Of a stretch of DNA of 64,000 nt, positions 13,073 to 27,316 are shown piece by piece. The DNA lies in contig NC_090363.1 in assembly GCF_035084215.1 (NCBI RefSeq), positions 3,782,001-3,846,000 of the forward strand. The letters run 5' to 3'. The notes below the pieces were generated by a model. It saw nothing but the letters and a program-made list of their open reading frames with translations. It had not been told where the DNA came from and did no database searches. Origin of the DNA: Heptranchias perlo. Taxonomy: Eukaryota. A program made the position numbers and the translations under genes. Position 1 is the stretch's first letter; every line of letters starts with the position of its first letter.

Positions 13073-13411
13073 CTCATAATTTGTAAGAACACAGCTGAGA
13101 AATTACTGCTGGCAATATTAGTGAATGAACAAGACACATTGATACATTTTTGTCTACTATTGTAACCGAGGTGTTTTATTATTTATTTCTTGGCTATTGT
13201 CGCATCTTAACTCGTTTTCCAGTTGAACGGTGGAACAGGCCCTTAAACTGCCCAAGGGAAGCATTGGGGCTGTACCAAGAATTACTTTTAATTGTTGAAT
13301 TTTTGTGCTCGTTAGTTGAGGGATGTCAGTAGTGTGAAAAGGATTGTTTTTAAAAATTTGGCACATAGTATTACTGTAAAAAAAACTCTTTGCTCTTCCC
13401 CAATATTTCTT

Positions 13412-13543
13412 GATGTGGAGATGCCGGTGATGGACTGGGGTTGACAATTGTAAACAATTTTACAACACCAAGTTATAGTCCAACAATTTTATTTGAAATT
13501 CACAAGCTTTCGGAGGCATCCGCCTTCCTCAGGTGAATGTGGA
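13412..13543 (-). mobile_element. Penelope family B terminal mini-element with hammerhead motif (13499-13537)
   Basis: Matches about 57853-57980. Flanked by the direct repeat aatatttctt (13402-13411, 13544-13553). Reads UUCAC-CUGAGGA-A-GGCGG(AUG)CCUCC-GAAA-GCUU-GUGAA. Confidence 0.82.
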
Positions 13544-14542
13544 AATATTTCTTAACAGTTGTTCACACTAAGGAGTAGCTAACTGAATATTTGCATTCTC
13601 AGCAATAATAATCTTGGGAGTGCGGTCGCTAATTTATTGCCAATTTGCACAAATGTGGGTTGACATTGCCCCAAATTTATTTTAGGGTCCTTATGGTTAG
13701 CAGACATGCGGTGTCAGATTCTAATCCAGTCATCACCGTTGAAGGACAGTCTGGTTGAGTTTCCGCTGGTTATATCAGGGCAATTAGGGCAGAATCGACC
13801 AAACCAGCGCAAAAGATCGGGGAATTTTAACCGCCGGTGAGTTACGCCCAAAACCATTTACATTCATGTTTTTCATGATCTTTTAAGCTGGTTCAAGATT
13901 AAATTCACCCGGATCTGGCCCCACCCACAAAACCGGCCACGTTCCCAGATCAAAATTGCGAGATTTCGCCAATTGCGCTAGCTCGGGAAGGCTCTTCAAA
14001 TTGCGTCATTTTCTTAGGCGCACAGGCACTAGTTGGCATGTTTGAAAAGTTTTTTCATATCAAAATTTACTAAGAAACTGACTAGTGTACACCAATGAAA
14101 CTATTAAATGGTTCAGAGTAGTTATTTTAAAGTAATTTTCAGTGATTTTAAATCAGGTCACTCACAGGTGGAGGACTGGACACCCTTATTACAAATGCTT
14201 ATTTTTGGTGATAAACCCATTTTCAGCTGTATTAATAAAACTGCTCCAGGTTATCACTCTTAAATACATCAAGGAATACTTTTTAATGGAAAGGAAAAGA
14301 AACAGCCTGATTGCACTGGTTCATGGAAGATTTTACATTTGTGATTGTGCAAATTAATTTGCACAGAACCTTGAATTGTAACCTGACCAGCGCAATTTCA
14401 AGCACATTGTGGGCGCAATTTCCCGATGGTGCCCGAAGCAGAAACTCTATCCTAGTGTGCTTATCCACTGCTTCAGCCAGTTTCCCTTCTAATTCAAGAT
14501 ATTCAAAAAGCTCTGCATTTCCCCTCCTCCCATTTAACTCAC

Positions 14543-14805
14543 CTGGATTCCAGATCCAGGGCCTGGTGCAAACATCTTGGTGCCAATCATTTCGGACAGG
14601 TTTCTTGGCTGACTCCAGGTTCTTCCATCGTCCTGACTCTCGATCAGGAGTGTGCTGGAAACATTACAATGATAGTGGTGGGCACACATTGTGTACATGA
14701 TAAAAATGAGATCCTTTTCTTCATCGACCACTATGACCCCCAAGTTTAGGCCATCGACCTTTGAACCATCGTTGTCAAGGAAGGTGGTGGGGCTCCAGGT
14801 TTCAC
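14543..14805 (-). CDS. NEU1: Sialidase-1 exon 3
   Basis: (G)ETWSPTTFLDNDGSKVDGLNLG...SQDDGRTWSQPRNLS...FAPGPGSGIQ; 263 nt, CAG acceptor, GTGAGT donor. Confidence 0.94.
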
Positions 14806-17800
14806 CTGAAGAAAGGCAATTATGAAGCAAGTTGGGAAATATCAGTGTTGGGGAATGAAATACTCTTCCACTCTACGCATACTGTTCTTCTACTCCCAGG
14901 CCATGACATAAGATATATCTTAACCTCAGACTTGTAGCAGCACCTTCTACACCAAGGTGACATTTCCACTTCTCACGTTACTAACTGTTTGAGTGATCTG
15001 GTAATTTGTGCCATGGTGCGGGTGATTTGTGCGTAAGCCTGTACCCACCGAGGTCTCGAGAAGGTCACTTAGGACCCGATAACTAACAATTTTCATCGGT
15101 CAGTATCAGCTGAATTCAAATCCAGGTCCTTGAGCACCTTTACTTACTGTGCCACTCAAATTCTTAACAACAGTTAACTTTATTTTGCAATTGCCCAGTC
15201 ACTGGCTATAACTACATATGGTATCTAACATGCTGAACCAACCCAGTAGGATGGGTATGAAAACGCTCTAGTCTATCATGCATCAAAACACCACTGTACC
15301 AAGATGACTTTAAAACCAATTATGGTAATGATAGCTCATCAATTTCTCTTATATGCCACTTTATATTTACTTACAAACATGGGAGATTAGAATAGTTTGA
15401 GGGACTGCATCTGAATAGATGATTGAGATGTTGCCTGTCCAACTGGGCACTCAATGGCAAAGAGGCAAAGTCTCCATCTATGAACCACATCTGGAATGTA
15501 TCGCCTGAACAGGTGGTGGAAGCAGATTAAACAATAACTTTCAAAGGGGAATTGGATAAATACTTAGGGAAACATTGCAGGGCTATGGGGAAAGGGCAGG
15601 GGAATGGGACTAATTGGATAGATCTTTCAAACAGCCGGTACAGGCACAGTGGGCCGAATGGCCTCCTTCTGTGCTGTAACATTCTATGATTGCCCTGCAA
15701 GATCTTAAGTTCCATGGTATCTGATTTCAGCCAGGGCTGCTGCAATTGCTCCTAGCTCCCCTTAGTTAGAGAAGGAAAAATCAACAGAGACCCAAGGTGC
15801 ATGCTCTGTGCTACAAGTGATTATGGTTTAACAGTAAATTACACAGATGTAGCATTAGGTGAGCGCAGGCTACAAGTCAGCAGAACAACGGAGGGACTCC
15901 AATGGTTAATAAATCACAAAGTTTTAACAATTAGTAAAGGTGGGGGAGGAGGGAGGAGATTCCCTCTAAGTGTCATTTGTAACAAAATTGTAAACAAGTC
16001 TTCGATTTTGCTCTACAAAGCACAGCAGAGAAAATCTTACGTCACAATGATCTCAACATTGAGATTGGATTGCTGCCTGCAATTGTCTCATGAATAACCA
16101 GTGCCAGGAAAGGGGGCGGGTATCACTGGATAGCGATCGGTAGCAGCTACCTCTCCGTAGCCCAAGAGCGTTAAAGCCAATTGTAGCACCCTTACTGCCG
16201 TTCCAGCACAAACCAGGGGGACTGAACCTGGGATCGTCCTGGTCTGCTTGGCTCAGTTCCACACTGGGCCATTTACCAACTGAACCATTGGATGCACCTG
16301 CCATTTTACTTACCGATTCTTTATACCATACTGAATTAATTTGAGAAAAGCATCTGACTTTTTCAAAGACAATTGGTTAGCAGACAAGAGATTTGAACTT
16401 TGGTACAAACCAGACTACAGACATGGATGGTGATAACTGTAGAATTATGTTCTACACAGCAGAGAAACCAACACTGAACAAAGGCAGGAGGTACACTCTA
16501 TTGCATACAAGCAGTGAGGCACGTGTGCAATTGTTCTTTGCAGCTTATGTAGCTCCTTTGAGACACGTTTACCCCGTCTGCCCTCTCAGGTGGATGTAAA
16601 AGATCCTGTGGCACTATTCAGAAGAAGAGCCAGGGGGCTTTGCCCTGTGTCCTGGCCCATATTTATCCCTCAACTAACATCACTAAAAAGATTATCTGGT
16701 CATTTGTCTCATTGTTGTTTATGGGACCTTGCAGTGTGCAAATTGGCTGCCGTGATTCCTACATTACAACAGTAACTATGCTTCAAAAATACTTCAATGA
16801 CTGTAAAGTGCTTTGGGACGTTCTGAGGTCACAAAAGGCACTATATAAATGCAGGGTCTTTCTTTCATTTAGGGCACCAGAAATTGCCAAAATTATGTAT
16901 CAATGAAAATTGTTAGGAATCTTCAAATCTGAAACTAGAAGACACTAGTTATTAGTTTTGCCTCACGAGTTTAAAAAAAACAATTTGACATTTCCCACCA
17001 GAGCATTGTGTATCTACTGTACGTAACCCAGAAAGCACCAACCGATTGTGTGTTGACAAGAGGTGCATGTGAACCACATCCAAGACATCCTTACGTGTAC
17101 GCTGTGAATGTAGAAATTGTAACTTCATGAATATCTTGTCGGGGGAGGAGAAGAGGTTAATCTAGTCATTTTTAAGTTTACAACTGGAACCCTACAGTGC
17201 AGAGGGTTAAGTGAAAATGTCCTTTTATCTTTGAAGCGTATCAAAGCTCAACCTGCACTATTGTTTGCATGGTCTTCTACCTGCTGTTTAAGGTCCTTAC
17301 TAAGCAAATCCCCCACAAGGCAGGAGAGCTTACAAAATCCAGTATTTACAATAGGTCGACCCTTGCACAGTGCAGTAAATGTCCGATTTGCACCTTGCAC
17401 AGTTCATTCGACCATCTACCACCACTGCTTTGCAATGCTGCAAACAGGAGGGATATGTGACCAGTTTCGAGGTTCTTGTGTTCCACCCTTCAGGGTGCAA
17501 AGTGCCACAAGTTCTCCGTGTGATCAGCAACTTGCATTTAAAAAAAATCAGATTCTATGGAGAGACTGATCCAGAGTTTTATCCCCTCTTCTGTTTTCCC
17601 TGTGCATGTGACCAATGGTTTGACTGTAAGGTCAAACATCTTACGTTAAATATAACAAATACATCACAAGAGTTAATATTTGTCAAGCTCAAAATGATTG
17701 CGAAAAGTATACCAAAGGCAAGAGTATTTGTTTCACCTTGTGTTACTGTGGAATATCATTCTGAAAAATACAGGACTGGAAATTTCACTCAGTTTGTTTC

Positions 17801-18004
17801 GTCGATTACATTTCCTATTTTAAATACGATTATGTGCCGATTCTTTCCAGCATTTGAATAGTTCAACTGTCAGAACAAAACAAAATTGACCGCCTGACTG
17901 TCGGGCGTTATTAAAGAGATGGAGCACACTTCACTAGGGTTCCAGAAATCCAAGATTTAAGGAGCTCTTTCATTCCTTACTGAAACGTAATGTTAATCAA
18001 TCAC

Positions 18005-18194
18005 CTTTATCACTAGACGTGCGGACAGCGATGAACTTAGCACCAATATCCGCCGACGAATGCTTTCTTGCCTCCGCCACGGCAATGAGGTTATTGTGGG
18101 GGGTGATCGCGATGAGGGGGACCCTGAAGGTGTCGACATGGCCAACAACGCCACTTATCCACAGCAACTGTTCACTTTCGATGAGTGGCTTGAT
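18005..18194 (-). CDS. NEU1: Sialidase-1 exon 2
   Basis: [12 protein letters not shown]...VDTFRVPLI...[24 protein letters not shown](G): FRIP-type motif and first Asp-box; 190 nt. Confidence 0.95.
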
Positions 18195-18270
18195 CTGGAA
18201 CAAAAACAGGGTGGAATGTATTATACAACACGTCAACTTGCAGTCACCCACATGGCCTCCTTCACTGGAC

Positions 18271-18730
18271 AAAGCACAAGGGTTAAATTATGAGGACAGG
18301 TTGCATAGACTAGGCTGGTATTCCCTCGAGTTTAGAAGATTAAGGGGTGATCTGATTGAGGTGTTTAGGATGATTAAAGGAGTTGATAGGGTGGATAGAG
18401 AGAAACTATTTCCTTTGGTGGGGGAGTCCAGAAGATGGGGACATAACCTTAAAGTTAGAGCTAGGCTGTTCAGGGGTGATGTCAGGAAGCACTTCTTCAC
18501 ACAAAGGGGAGTGGGATTCTCGAACTCTCTTCCCCCAAAAAGCTGTTGAGGCTGGGGGTCAATTGAAAATGTCAAAACTGAGATTGATAGATTTTTGTTA
18601 GGCAAAGGAATCAAGTGATAAGGAACCAAGGCGGGTAAATGAAGTTGAGATAGAGATCAGCCGTGATCTAACTGAATGGCATAACAGGCTCGAGGGGTTG
18701 AATGGCCTACTCCTGTTCCTAATCTTGATA
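18271..18730 (+). mobile_element. CR1 LINE 3' fragment
   Basis: [29 protein letters not shown]...KHFFTQR plus the CR1 tail. Confidence 0.85.
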
Positions 18731-19432
18731 ATTTCTAAGGAGCAATATTTCACCGTGAAATCATTTCACAAGGTACAGTGGACAGATTTGGCCAAGGATT
18801 GTTAAACTTCATTTTGATTGTAACTCCGTTTTAATCTTACAACGGTGGCTGATGCAGTAAATTTTTCTTCACCATCTGATCCTTTGAGTATAATATTTAG
18901 GTGTACTCTACATTAGCCTAAGATTTTACAAAATGGCTGGAATAATTGAATTGCGGTGGTAATCTACAAAGAGTTGAAACCTCAGTAGGTGTATGCCGTG
19001 GGGCAGTAGAAATCCACGGAAGATGGCAAATGTGATATTGTCAACGAATTACTTGATCAATTGTTTTCTCGCCTTCGGAATTAAATATCATTTCAAATCA
19101 AGCCTTTTTCTTAAAGTCATGAGCAATTGAAATAGATGACGACATTTAAAAACTCACTTGAAATTGTCTCGATATTTAAAAAAAAAATCTAATTCGCTCC
19201 CCAATGGGTCAGCAAGTTTATTTAGCGAATAGCTAGGCAGGAAGGCCCCGTGGTTAATCCCTGGTCTGTACTCAGTGGAGGTGACATTATGGAGCTCATT
19301 GGCCTTCGCCCCCCTGGGTTAGAGAACGGACAATGGGTAAGATTTCCTGCTTGCTATACAGTATTCCCACTGGAAGTGTGGACATCAGGTAAGGATGGAT
19401 TGGGCTTGGCTGTGACATTCCCTCCCAACCAT

Positions 19433-19761
19433 GCGTTTGGTCACCTGTCCTAATGTCTCCTTCTTTGGTTCAGTGTCAGTTTTTTGTCTGATTAAGCTCC
19501 TGTGAAGCGCCTGAGGACATTTTAATATGTTAAAGGCGCTATATAAATGTAAGTTGATGTGTTGTTCAGTTGTGTACTTTCGCAGGGATCAATTTCCATT
19601 AAGGAACATCTAACCACCTTTCAGAGTACTATGGCAGTAGGCACATCTATCTAGTTTTCCATTCACCACATCCTAGCAGGAAATTAGCTAAATTCTGAGC
19701 ACTGAAGAATGTTAAAGGTGCACAGCTTCACTCTGTAGTACTAGTTCAAGGAAGATACCAT
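19433..19761 (+). repeat. Inverted duplicate (about 330 bp) of 21630-21957
   Basis: Reverse-complement match with few mismatches, covering an L2 tail plus about 200 bp of adjacent sequence. Confidence 0.9.
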
Positions 19762-21829
19762 CGGTCTGTCAACTGGCAAAGCTTACACATGAATAATGAG
19801 GTGAGGCGCAGGAGGGATGACTGGCGAGTGTAGTTCTGTACCCTGGCAAGGAGTTAATGCCTTGAACAGAAGGTAGAAATTTGGTGAGCGAGGGAAAGAA
19901 ATAAACTATTCACGTGACTCCTGCTTCTCAGTAAATCCAAACATTGCCTCTGCTCAGATGTTAATCTCAACCTCACACAGAACAGTTTGATTCCAGTGTA
20001 GTGTGGTTAAATATTGAAGCATTGAGAAATAATTGCAGTCATATAGATGATCAACACATGTTAAATTCAGTTGTAGTGTAACCACATTTCCAAATAGAAA
20101 TATGCAACGGATACTTAATTATAGATTAATGATCTGCATCTCCAAGCTATGGAAATTAGCTCAAACACATGACTTGAGGTAATTTTCTAAACATGAGAAA
20201 GGATATGTTGGAGGTGCCACCTTTCGGATGAGACGTTAAACTGAGGCCGCATCTGCTCTCTCAGGGGAGATTTATTCGGTGTCCTAGACAATATTTATCC
20301 CTCAACCAACATCACTAACAACAGATTATCTGGTCATTATCAAATTGCTGTTTGTGGGACCGTGCTGTGCGCAAATTGGCTGCTGCATTTCCTACATTAC
20401 AACAGTGACTAGACTTCAAAAAAAGTACTTCATTGGTTGCAAATCACTATGGGATGTTCTGGGGTTGTGAAAGGTGCTGTATATATGCAAGTCTTTCTTT
20501 CTTTACTGTCCATGGCAATTTTTCCTGTACCACGGTAAGCAAATAGTCATTAAAATTCTTAAAATGTCAAGTCTGAAATCTGCAGGAATTATGTGACAAG
20601 TCTGATCGCAGTTTGGTTCAGAGGCAAAGCTGCTCCTGATCAAGGATTTGGGAGAGGACACCTTGCGTCACCCATTGCCTGTAATTAAGCCACTTTTTAC
20701 AGCTACTGAGCAACAGGATGTCACAAGACCAACATTAACTGATTTTTCTAGAGATTCTGTTATCGAAAACAATTTTTAAAAATGTCTCCTCTTCCTCAAC
20801 ATTAGAAGGAATGATTGATGCTCAAAAAAACGGAGTTGTTAACAAAAACGTGATTTTGTATAGCACCTTATCACATCTCGCAAATGTCACAAAGCATTTA
20901 AATACACAATTACTTTAAAATGCAGTGACCCGTTACGGAAAAATACAGTAGCCAATTTGCACAGCAAAATCCTACCGACAGTGAAATGAGCAAGCAATGT
21001 TGGCTGAAACACTGGGCCAACTCCCTTCACTTCTTCAAACAGTACCACGGGATCTTTAATGTCCATCTGAACTACTGCAGTAGGAGGTCAATTAAATGTC
21101 TCACCTAAATTCCAGCACATGCTATCAAAGGGCATTGATGGACCCTGGCTAATAATTGGTAAACTCTACACGCTCCATCCCAAACCAGCAAGCCACTTGC
21201 AAAAAGATTATATAATTACAAAATGATTCAACTGTGTGAAGTAGGTAGACAAGTACTAACTTGAACATGATACAGATGTGGAAATTGGTTGCATCTGTTT
21301 TACATCCGACTTATTAGTCAGTTGAAAATCACAACACTATTATTCTAAGCAAATTGAACGGTTTCCCCAAGGAAGTGGCAATAGTTAAATTATCATTCTT
21401 ATAGAGTCTTCTCAGTGGCGATAATCACACAAAAGTGGCACCAAAAATATCTAGGGGTTCACTAGGCACTCTTTGTAAATTTCCAGATATTATATCTCTT
21501 GCTATTTCAGGATCCCTGATTTTTTTTTTTAAGATTACCTCAGTAGTTTGTTGTGACTTCTGACATTTCACTACGGTTACAGGTAGAAGAAGAAAACGAA
21601 TATTTATAATGGTGGTGTACAACCTGCCTATGGTATCTTCCTTGAACTAGTACTACAGAGTGAAGCTGTGCACCTTTAACATTCTTCAGTGCTCAGAATT
21701 TAGCTAATTTCCTGCTAGAATGTGGTGAATGGAAAACTAGATAGATGTGCCTACTGCCATAGTACTCTGAAAGGTGGTTAGATGTTCCTTAATGGAAATG
21801 ATCCCTGCGAAAATGCACAACTGAACAAC

Positions 21830-22380
21830 ACAACAACTTACATTTATATAGCGCCTTTAACGTATTAAAATGTCCTCAGGCGCTTCACAGGAGCTTAATC
21901 AGACAAAAAACTGACACTGAACCAAAGAAGGAGACATTAAGATAGGTGACCAAACGCTTGGTCAAAGAGATAGGTTTTAAATAGTGTATTAAAGAAGGAG
22001 AGGTAGAAAAGCGGAGAGGTTTAGGGAGGGAATTCCAGAGCTTAGGGCCTGGACAGCTGAAGACAAGGTCGCCAGTGGTGGGGTGAAGGAAGTGGGGAAT
22101 GCACAAGATGCCAGAATTGGAGGAACGCAGAGATCTCGGAGGGTTGTAGGGCTGGAGGAGGTTACAGAGATAGGGAGCGGGGAGGCCACGGAGGTACTTA
22201 AACACAAGGAAGAGAATTTTAAATTCGAGGCTTGACCAGGAGCCAATGTAGGTCAGCGAGCATAGGGGTGATGGGTGAACAGGACTTGGTGCGAGTTAGG
22301 ATACGGGCAGCAGAGTTTGGATGAACTCAACTTTACGGAGGTTGGAAGCTGGGAGGTCGGCCAGGAGAGCATTGGAAAAC
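21830..22380 (-). mobile_element. L2 LINE 3' fragment
   Basis: FKYLRGLPAPYLCNLLQPYNPPRSLRSS...FSCPGPKLWNSLP and the tail aggcgctatataaatgtaagttgttg. Confidence 0.85.
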
Positions 22381-22988
22381 ATTAGTGAATGGAGGAAAAT
22401 TGAGTACAATGTGCTTAACCAGCTGGATGTTACACACCTACCCAAGGTCACTTCACCAGCAGAATCAACCTAATTATATGGAGTTAGGAATTCAAAATGC
22501 ACAAAAGCAGATTTTCTAACTAGTTATAATGCTTTAAGGTACAGCACTGCAGAACTACCCTAGTCTCCCAGTACTGCAGAATATGATGTTTATACAGCAG
22601 GGTAGATCTATAACAAAGGATCATCAACCTTGCACAGGCACAGTGGTTTCAGAGTTTGAGACTATTTTACAGCCGCTGGATTCTCTCCAGTGTTGGGAAA
22701 GGTAGACACAAACAAGTAACAAAAACAGAAAATACTGGAAACTCTCAGCAAGTCAGGCAGCATCTTTGGATATAACAGGGGAGTTAACGTTTCAGGGATC
22801 TGGACCCATCGTTGAAATGGGTCATGGGAGTAATTCCAGGAGGTTTGACAACATTTAAAAGCCCAGTCTCTGCCCCCCCAAGTAACCTATGCATAACAAG
22901 CTACAAGTTAGACATTGGCCTTGGTTCAATGGATAGCTCTCTCGCCTCTGAGTTAGAAGGTGGGTTCAAGACTCAATCCAGAGACTTA

Positions 22989-24710
22989 GGGCCCGATATT
23001 AGGAGGGAGGCGGGTTGGCAGCGGGGGGTCGACTGGGTGCGTGGGTAAAGCACCCAGTGAAATCGGTGGGTTCCCCACACGATCGTAAGTAAATTGAAGC
23101 CACTTACCTTGGCTTCCGGGTTTCGCCCTGGAAAGCTGCGCAGCGGGCGGACTGTGCACCCACATCATAGGCTGTCAGCTGGAGGAGCCCTATTTAAAGC
23201 GGCATTCATCCACTGACTGATGCTGCAGGAAATAGGAAAAATGACAGCATGGAGCAGCCCAGGGTTGCTCCCAGGTTTAATGATGCCTCACTCCAGATCT
23301 TACTGGATGGGGTGAGGAGGAGGAGGAGGAGGGACATCCTCCACCTGGCAGATGGGAGGAAGTGGCCTGCCTCTGCCACCATAAAGGCCTGGCTCGAGGT
23401 GGCAGAGGAGGTCACCTGCACCACCAACATATCACACACCTGCATACAATGCAGGAGGCGCTTCAATGCCCTAAGTAGGTCAGCCGAAGTGAGTACACTT
23501 ACTCGTTCCCCTACACTCCGTCTGCCACATCACTGCCCCCACCCTACATCTCCTTCTGCACTGCCAACACTACTCTATCACATCACTCCTCACACCCACT
23601 CAAACCTCATCCTCATCTTACCTGCACTTACTCACCTCGCCAGTACTCATCCCACCACTACCACTCAACCCAATCCTCAAACAATCCCATGGCTCTGTCT
23701 CATACTCACCCTCTGATGCATCTCTTTCACGGCCAGCCTCACCCAACCTGCCACTACCTGTGCTGCAGCCACAGGGCATGCATCACGTATGTGTAGTAGG
23801 AAGCGTAAGGCAAACGTGTCGTGAGCATGAAGGGAATGCACATGGATGTTTGAGGGTTTGTCATGATTTTTACTTATATTTGATTTCTGATCAACTCACA
23901 TTACATATTATATTGTCACCACTACTGCCACGTCTTGGCCATTCTTGACTGGCTTGTGCAATAATGCCCTTTCATGAGGTTCTCCGTGAACACCCTTGAT
24001 GCCACCCATTGGGTGTATGTGTAGTTGCACGACTACTTTGTGCACGTGCCTGTTGCGCAGCACTGTGTTGTGTAGCTCCACGTGGCGGAGGTGGACGGCA
24101 TACCTGGCAAGGCTGGTGATGTTGCTCGTCCTCCAATGGAGTGATGAATGGAGCCCCTACACCCCCCCCCCCCCCATCCTGACAGAGTGCGAGTGTCAGG
24201 GGGTCCACAAAGTAGGTGAACGTGTTTGGACAGCAAAGTTTAGGGTACGATTTAATAATTTGGAATGTGGAGACAACAGTGTGGCAGGTAAAACTTTGTC
24301 TGAGGTGACAAGAGTACCCTGCTGCAATGAATGAGGGTTTACCCCGCACCTGTTAAATGGATCTCTGCAGCTGCCACTGGCTGCTGGCTGCAACACATCT
24401 GTTTAAACAGGGAGTGTTTCCCCCAGCATGGGAAACATGCTCTGGATAGTCCAAAATCCAAATCCTCCTAAAATCTCCAACTAATGAGGTCTGTAAACGA
24501 CCTCAAGTACCCAGATAATGATCTTAAGTGGGATCCCGCCGGCTTTGATTGACAGTGGGAGTCCCGCATGAGGGGGCTGCGTGCGCACCGATTCGCGTCA
24601 TTGGGGAACCCGGAAGTTGGAGCTGGGCTCCGGACCCGCTCCGGCAATCCCCAATTTTAGGAGCCCCCCCGTCACAAACGCACCCGCTCAGCCATCTGAA
24701 AATTGACCCC
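22989..24710 (+). mobile_element. PIF/Harbinger-like DNA transposon derivative with Myb/SANT-like ORF remnant
   Basis: ORF at 23249 (APRFNDASLQILLDGVRRRR...AWLEVAEEV...CIQCRRRFNAL) is Myb/SANT-like. Imperfect GGG-starting TIRs, with TTA on both flanks (22986-22988, 24711-24713). Confidence 0.7.
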
Positions 24711-25866
24711 TTAGAATCATAGAAACGTTACAGCACAGAACGAGGCCATTCGGCCCATTGAGTCCGTGGCAGCTCTATGCAAGAGCAATCCAGTTAGCCC
24801 CACTCCTCCGCCCTATCCCCGTAGCCCTGCAAATTTATTCCTTTCAAGTACTTATCCAGTTCCCTTTTGAAAGCCATGATTGAATTTGCCTCCATCTCCC
24901 CCTCCGGCAGTGCATTCCGGATCCTAACCACACACTGCGTAAAACAGTTTTTCCTCGTGTCATCTTGGGTTCTTTAGCCAATCACCTTAAATTTATGTCC
25001 TCTGGTTCTTGACCCTTCCGCCAATGGGAACAGTTTCTCGCTATCTCGACCCTTCATGATTTTAAATACCTCTAAGTACAAGATCTAGGCTGACACTTCC
25101 AGTGCAGTACTGAGGGAGTGCTGCACTATCAGAGGTGCTGTTTTTCAGACGAGACATTAAACAGAGGTCCTGTCTGCCCTCTCAGGTGGACGTAAAAGAT
25201 CCCATGGCCACCATTTCAAAGAAGAGCAGAGGATTTCTCACTAGTGTCTTGGCCAATATTTACCCCTCAACCAACAATGTCATTCAAAAAAATTATCTGG
25301 TCATTATCTTGCTATTTGTGGGACATAACTACACTTCAAAAGTGCTTCATTGACTATAAAGCAGTTTGGGACAGCCAGAGGTCACGAAAGGCACTATAGT
25401 CGTTCTTTCCTACACCTGCTCAACTGAACCCACAGCCCTGCCCATCACCCCACTTCTACAGGCACTTCAATCGGCATTATTAATAAAAGACTTTTTAATC
25501 TGGTTAAAATAACATTGGGTTTATGGAATGGAACAACAGGTTACTTAACACGGAGATACTTAGGAGCAATGGCTCTGATCTGATAACATGGGGTAGGGTC
25601 GCAGTAGGTACGGACAGAATGTCCAGCTTGAGTTTAATTTGATTGATTAGTTTGTACTAAAACCATGATACTTCTTTGGGAAACCCATTTTCTCCCATTT
25701 GTAACATATCAACATTTCCCAGATCTTCCATTAGTATAAATATATAAAACTGGAGTTAAGAAGGGACCCGTATGTATGCGGTTGTCTCCCGAACTGCATG
25801 CGATCCCTAGCCATATTTCATTACTGGTTGCAATCCATGCTTACAGCACGAGCTCAACAAATATTA

Positions 25867-26546
25867 GGTCCAGATCTTGCCGGAGCGGGACATCTTCCAG
25901 CGCACACTGTTAGATAGACATTTTCCTGCAGCCTTCAGCTCAAAAACTTTTTGCGCCATAACTTGTTGGAAGTGCGAGCTGATAATGGCGCGGCAAGAAC
26001 AGAGCATCTGAAACCTTAGTGAATGGCTGGACCAACAATCTATCTCCTTAACCAAGTAAATTTAAGGATAGAGAAGGAAACAGAGCGAGCGACAAAGAAA
26101 GAAATCGGATGAATTACAGACAAATTAGATATAGAATGAGAAATAAAGAGAGGGAAAGAAAGACTGGATTAAGAGAGAGGGAAAAAGACAGAAAGAAAAG
26201 AATTGAAAATGTAAACGCCTCTATCTGCAGGAGTGAGACTCCATTGTTTCAATTGCTCCCCTTCTGGGCCTTCAAGGTTGAGTGGTATTTTGGGAACAGA
26301 AATCTAGTCATTAAAAGGGTCCTTATGTCATTAAATAGCAGCCCCAACTTTCTGCGGCAAGTTTCATTCGTAATGCAAATCCATGGGGAGGTTGACGGTG
26401 AGCTCCGGCTTTCACGAGGCTAACAACGGAGCAGCGCAAATCATCCAGCGACTTGCGCTGATTTGCAACGCATGGCGAATCTCTTCCTCACCACACACAG
26501 CGTGAGCCTTTAACTTGCTGTTAGTTTCCCAGCAAATTCTGGGCCA
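25867..26546. mobile_element. Non-autonomous TIR element, related to about 10356-10760 and 1428-2090
   Basis: Ends ggtccagatcttgc and gcaaattctgggcc are imperfect inverted repeats; the internal AG-rich segment resembles the other copies. Confidence 0.5.
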
Positions 26547-27316
26547 GTGGTCTTACCGTTTAACCCGTATAGCGGCCACATCACGTTAGCACGAACGCTA
26601 TATGTGTTCAATCGTGGCTTTCAAAAGGGAATTGAATAAGTACTTGGAGAAAAAATTTGCAGGGCTTCAGGGAAAGGGCAGGAGAGTGGGACTAGCTGGA
26701 CTGATCTTGCAGAGAGCCGGTACGAGCTCGACGGGCCGAATGGCCTCGTTCTGTGCTATAACTATTCTATGATTCTATGCACTGGAGACTGTATACATAA
26801 TTCAGGTTTAAAATTTCAATGAAGTTTCCAGAGCAAGTCCAACCCGCAAGTAACCTAATTTGGTGATTGAATACTTTGCTGATTGGCGAGGGCACCCATT
26901 CTGCAACTATCTAAGTGGCTGCGCCCATCACAGTGGTGTCAACTCAGCAAATTCCATCTCCCCGTTGATTTTAATGGGGCTGGTGGAGCTATGATCATGA
27001 TCACTTTTCCCATGAGGATCTCTGTGGAGCAGCTCAAAAGGCCCATCAAAATTATGGCGTAGGGGAACACAATAGTGCAAGTCACTCACGCCGAATTTCC
27101 ACGCCGTAATAATGGTGTATGCCGTGGATACGTTATTACCACAGTGCAACTTTTCAGCAAATTAAAAATGGGAAGACTCCATGTTCAAGCCATCTGAGGT
27201 TTCGCAACCCCCCCGGGCACGTAAATGGGTAGGTGGGGAGGTCCCGGGTGTAAACAGGACCCTGGACCGAGGAGCCTGCATCTCACCGACCCCCTTCCTC
27301 TACCCTTCTCTTAGAG

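Noticed and set aside
17231-17861. Overlapping ORFs in NEU1 intron 2
   Set aside because: No recognisable domain or splice support; likely chance ORFs.
23249-23716. Host Myb/SANT gene
   Set aside because: It lies inside a TTA-flanked TIR element, and decayed relatives occur near 45000 and 59250, so a transposon origin is simpler.
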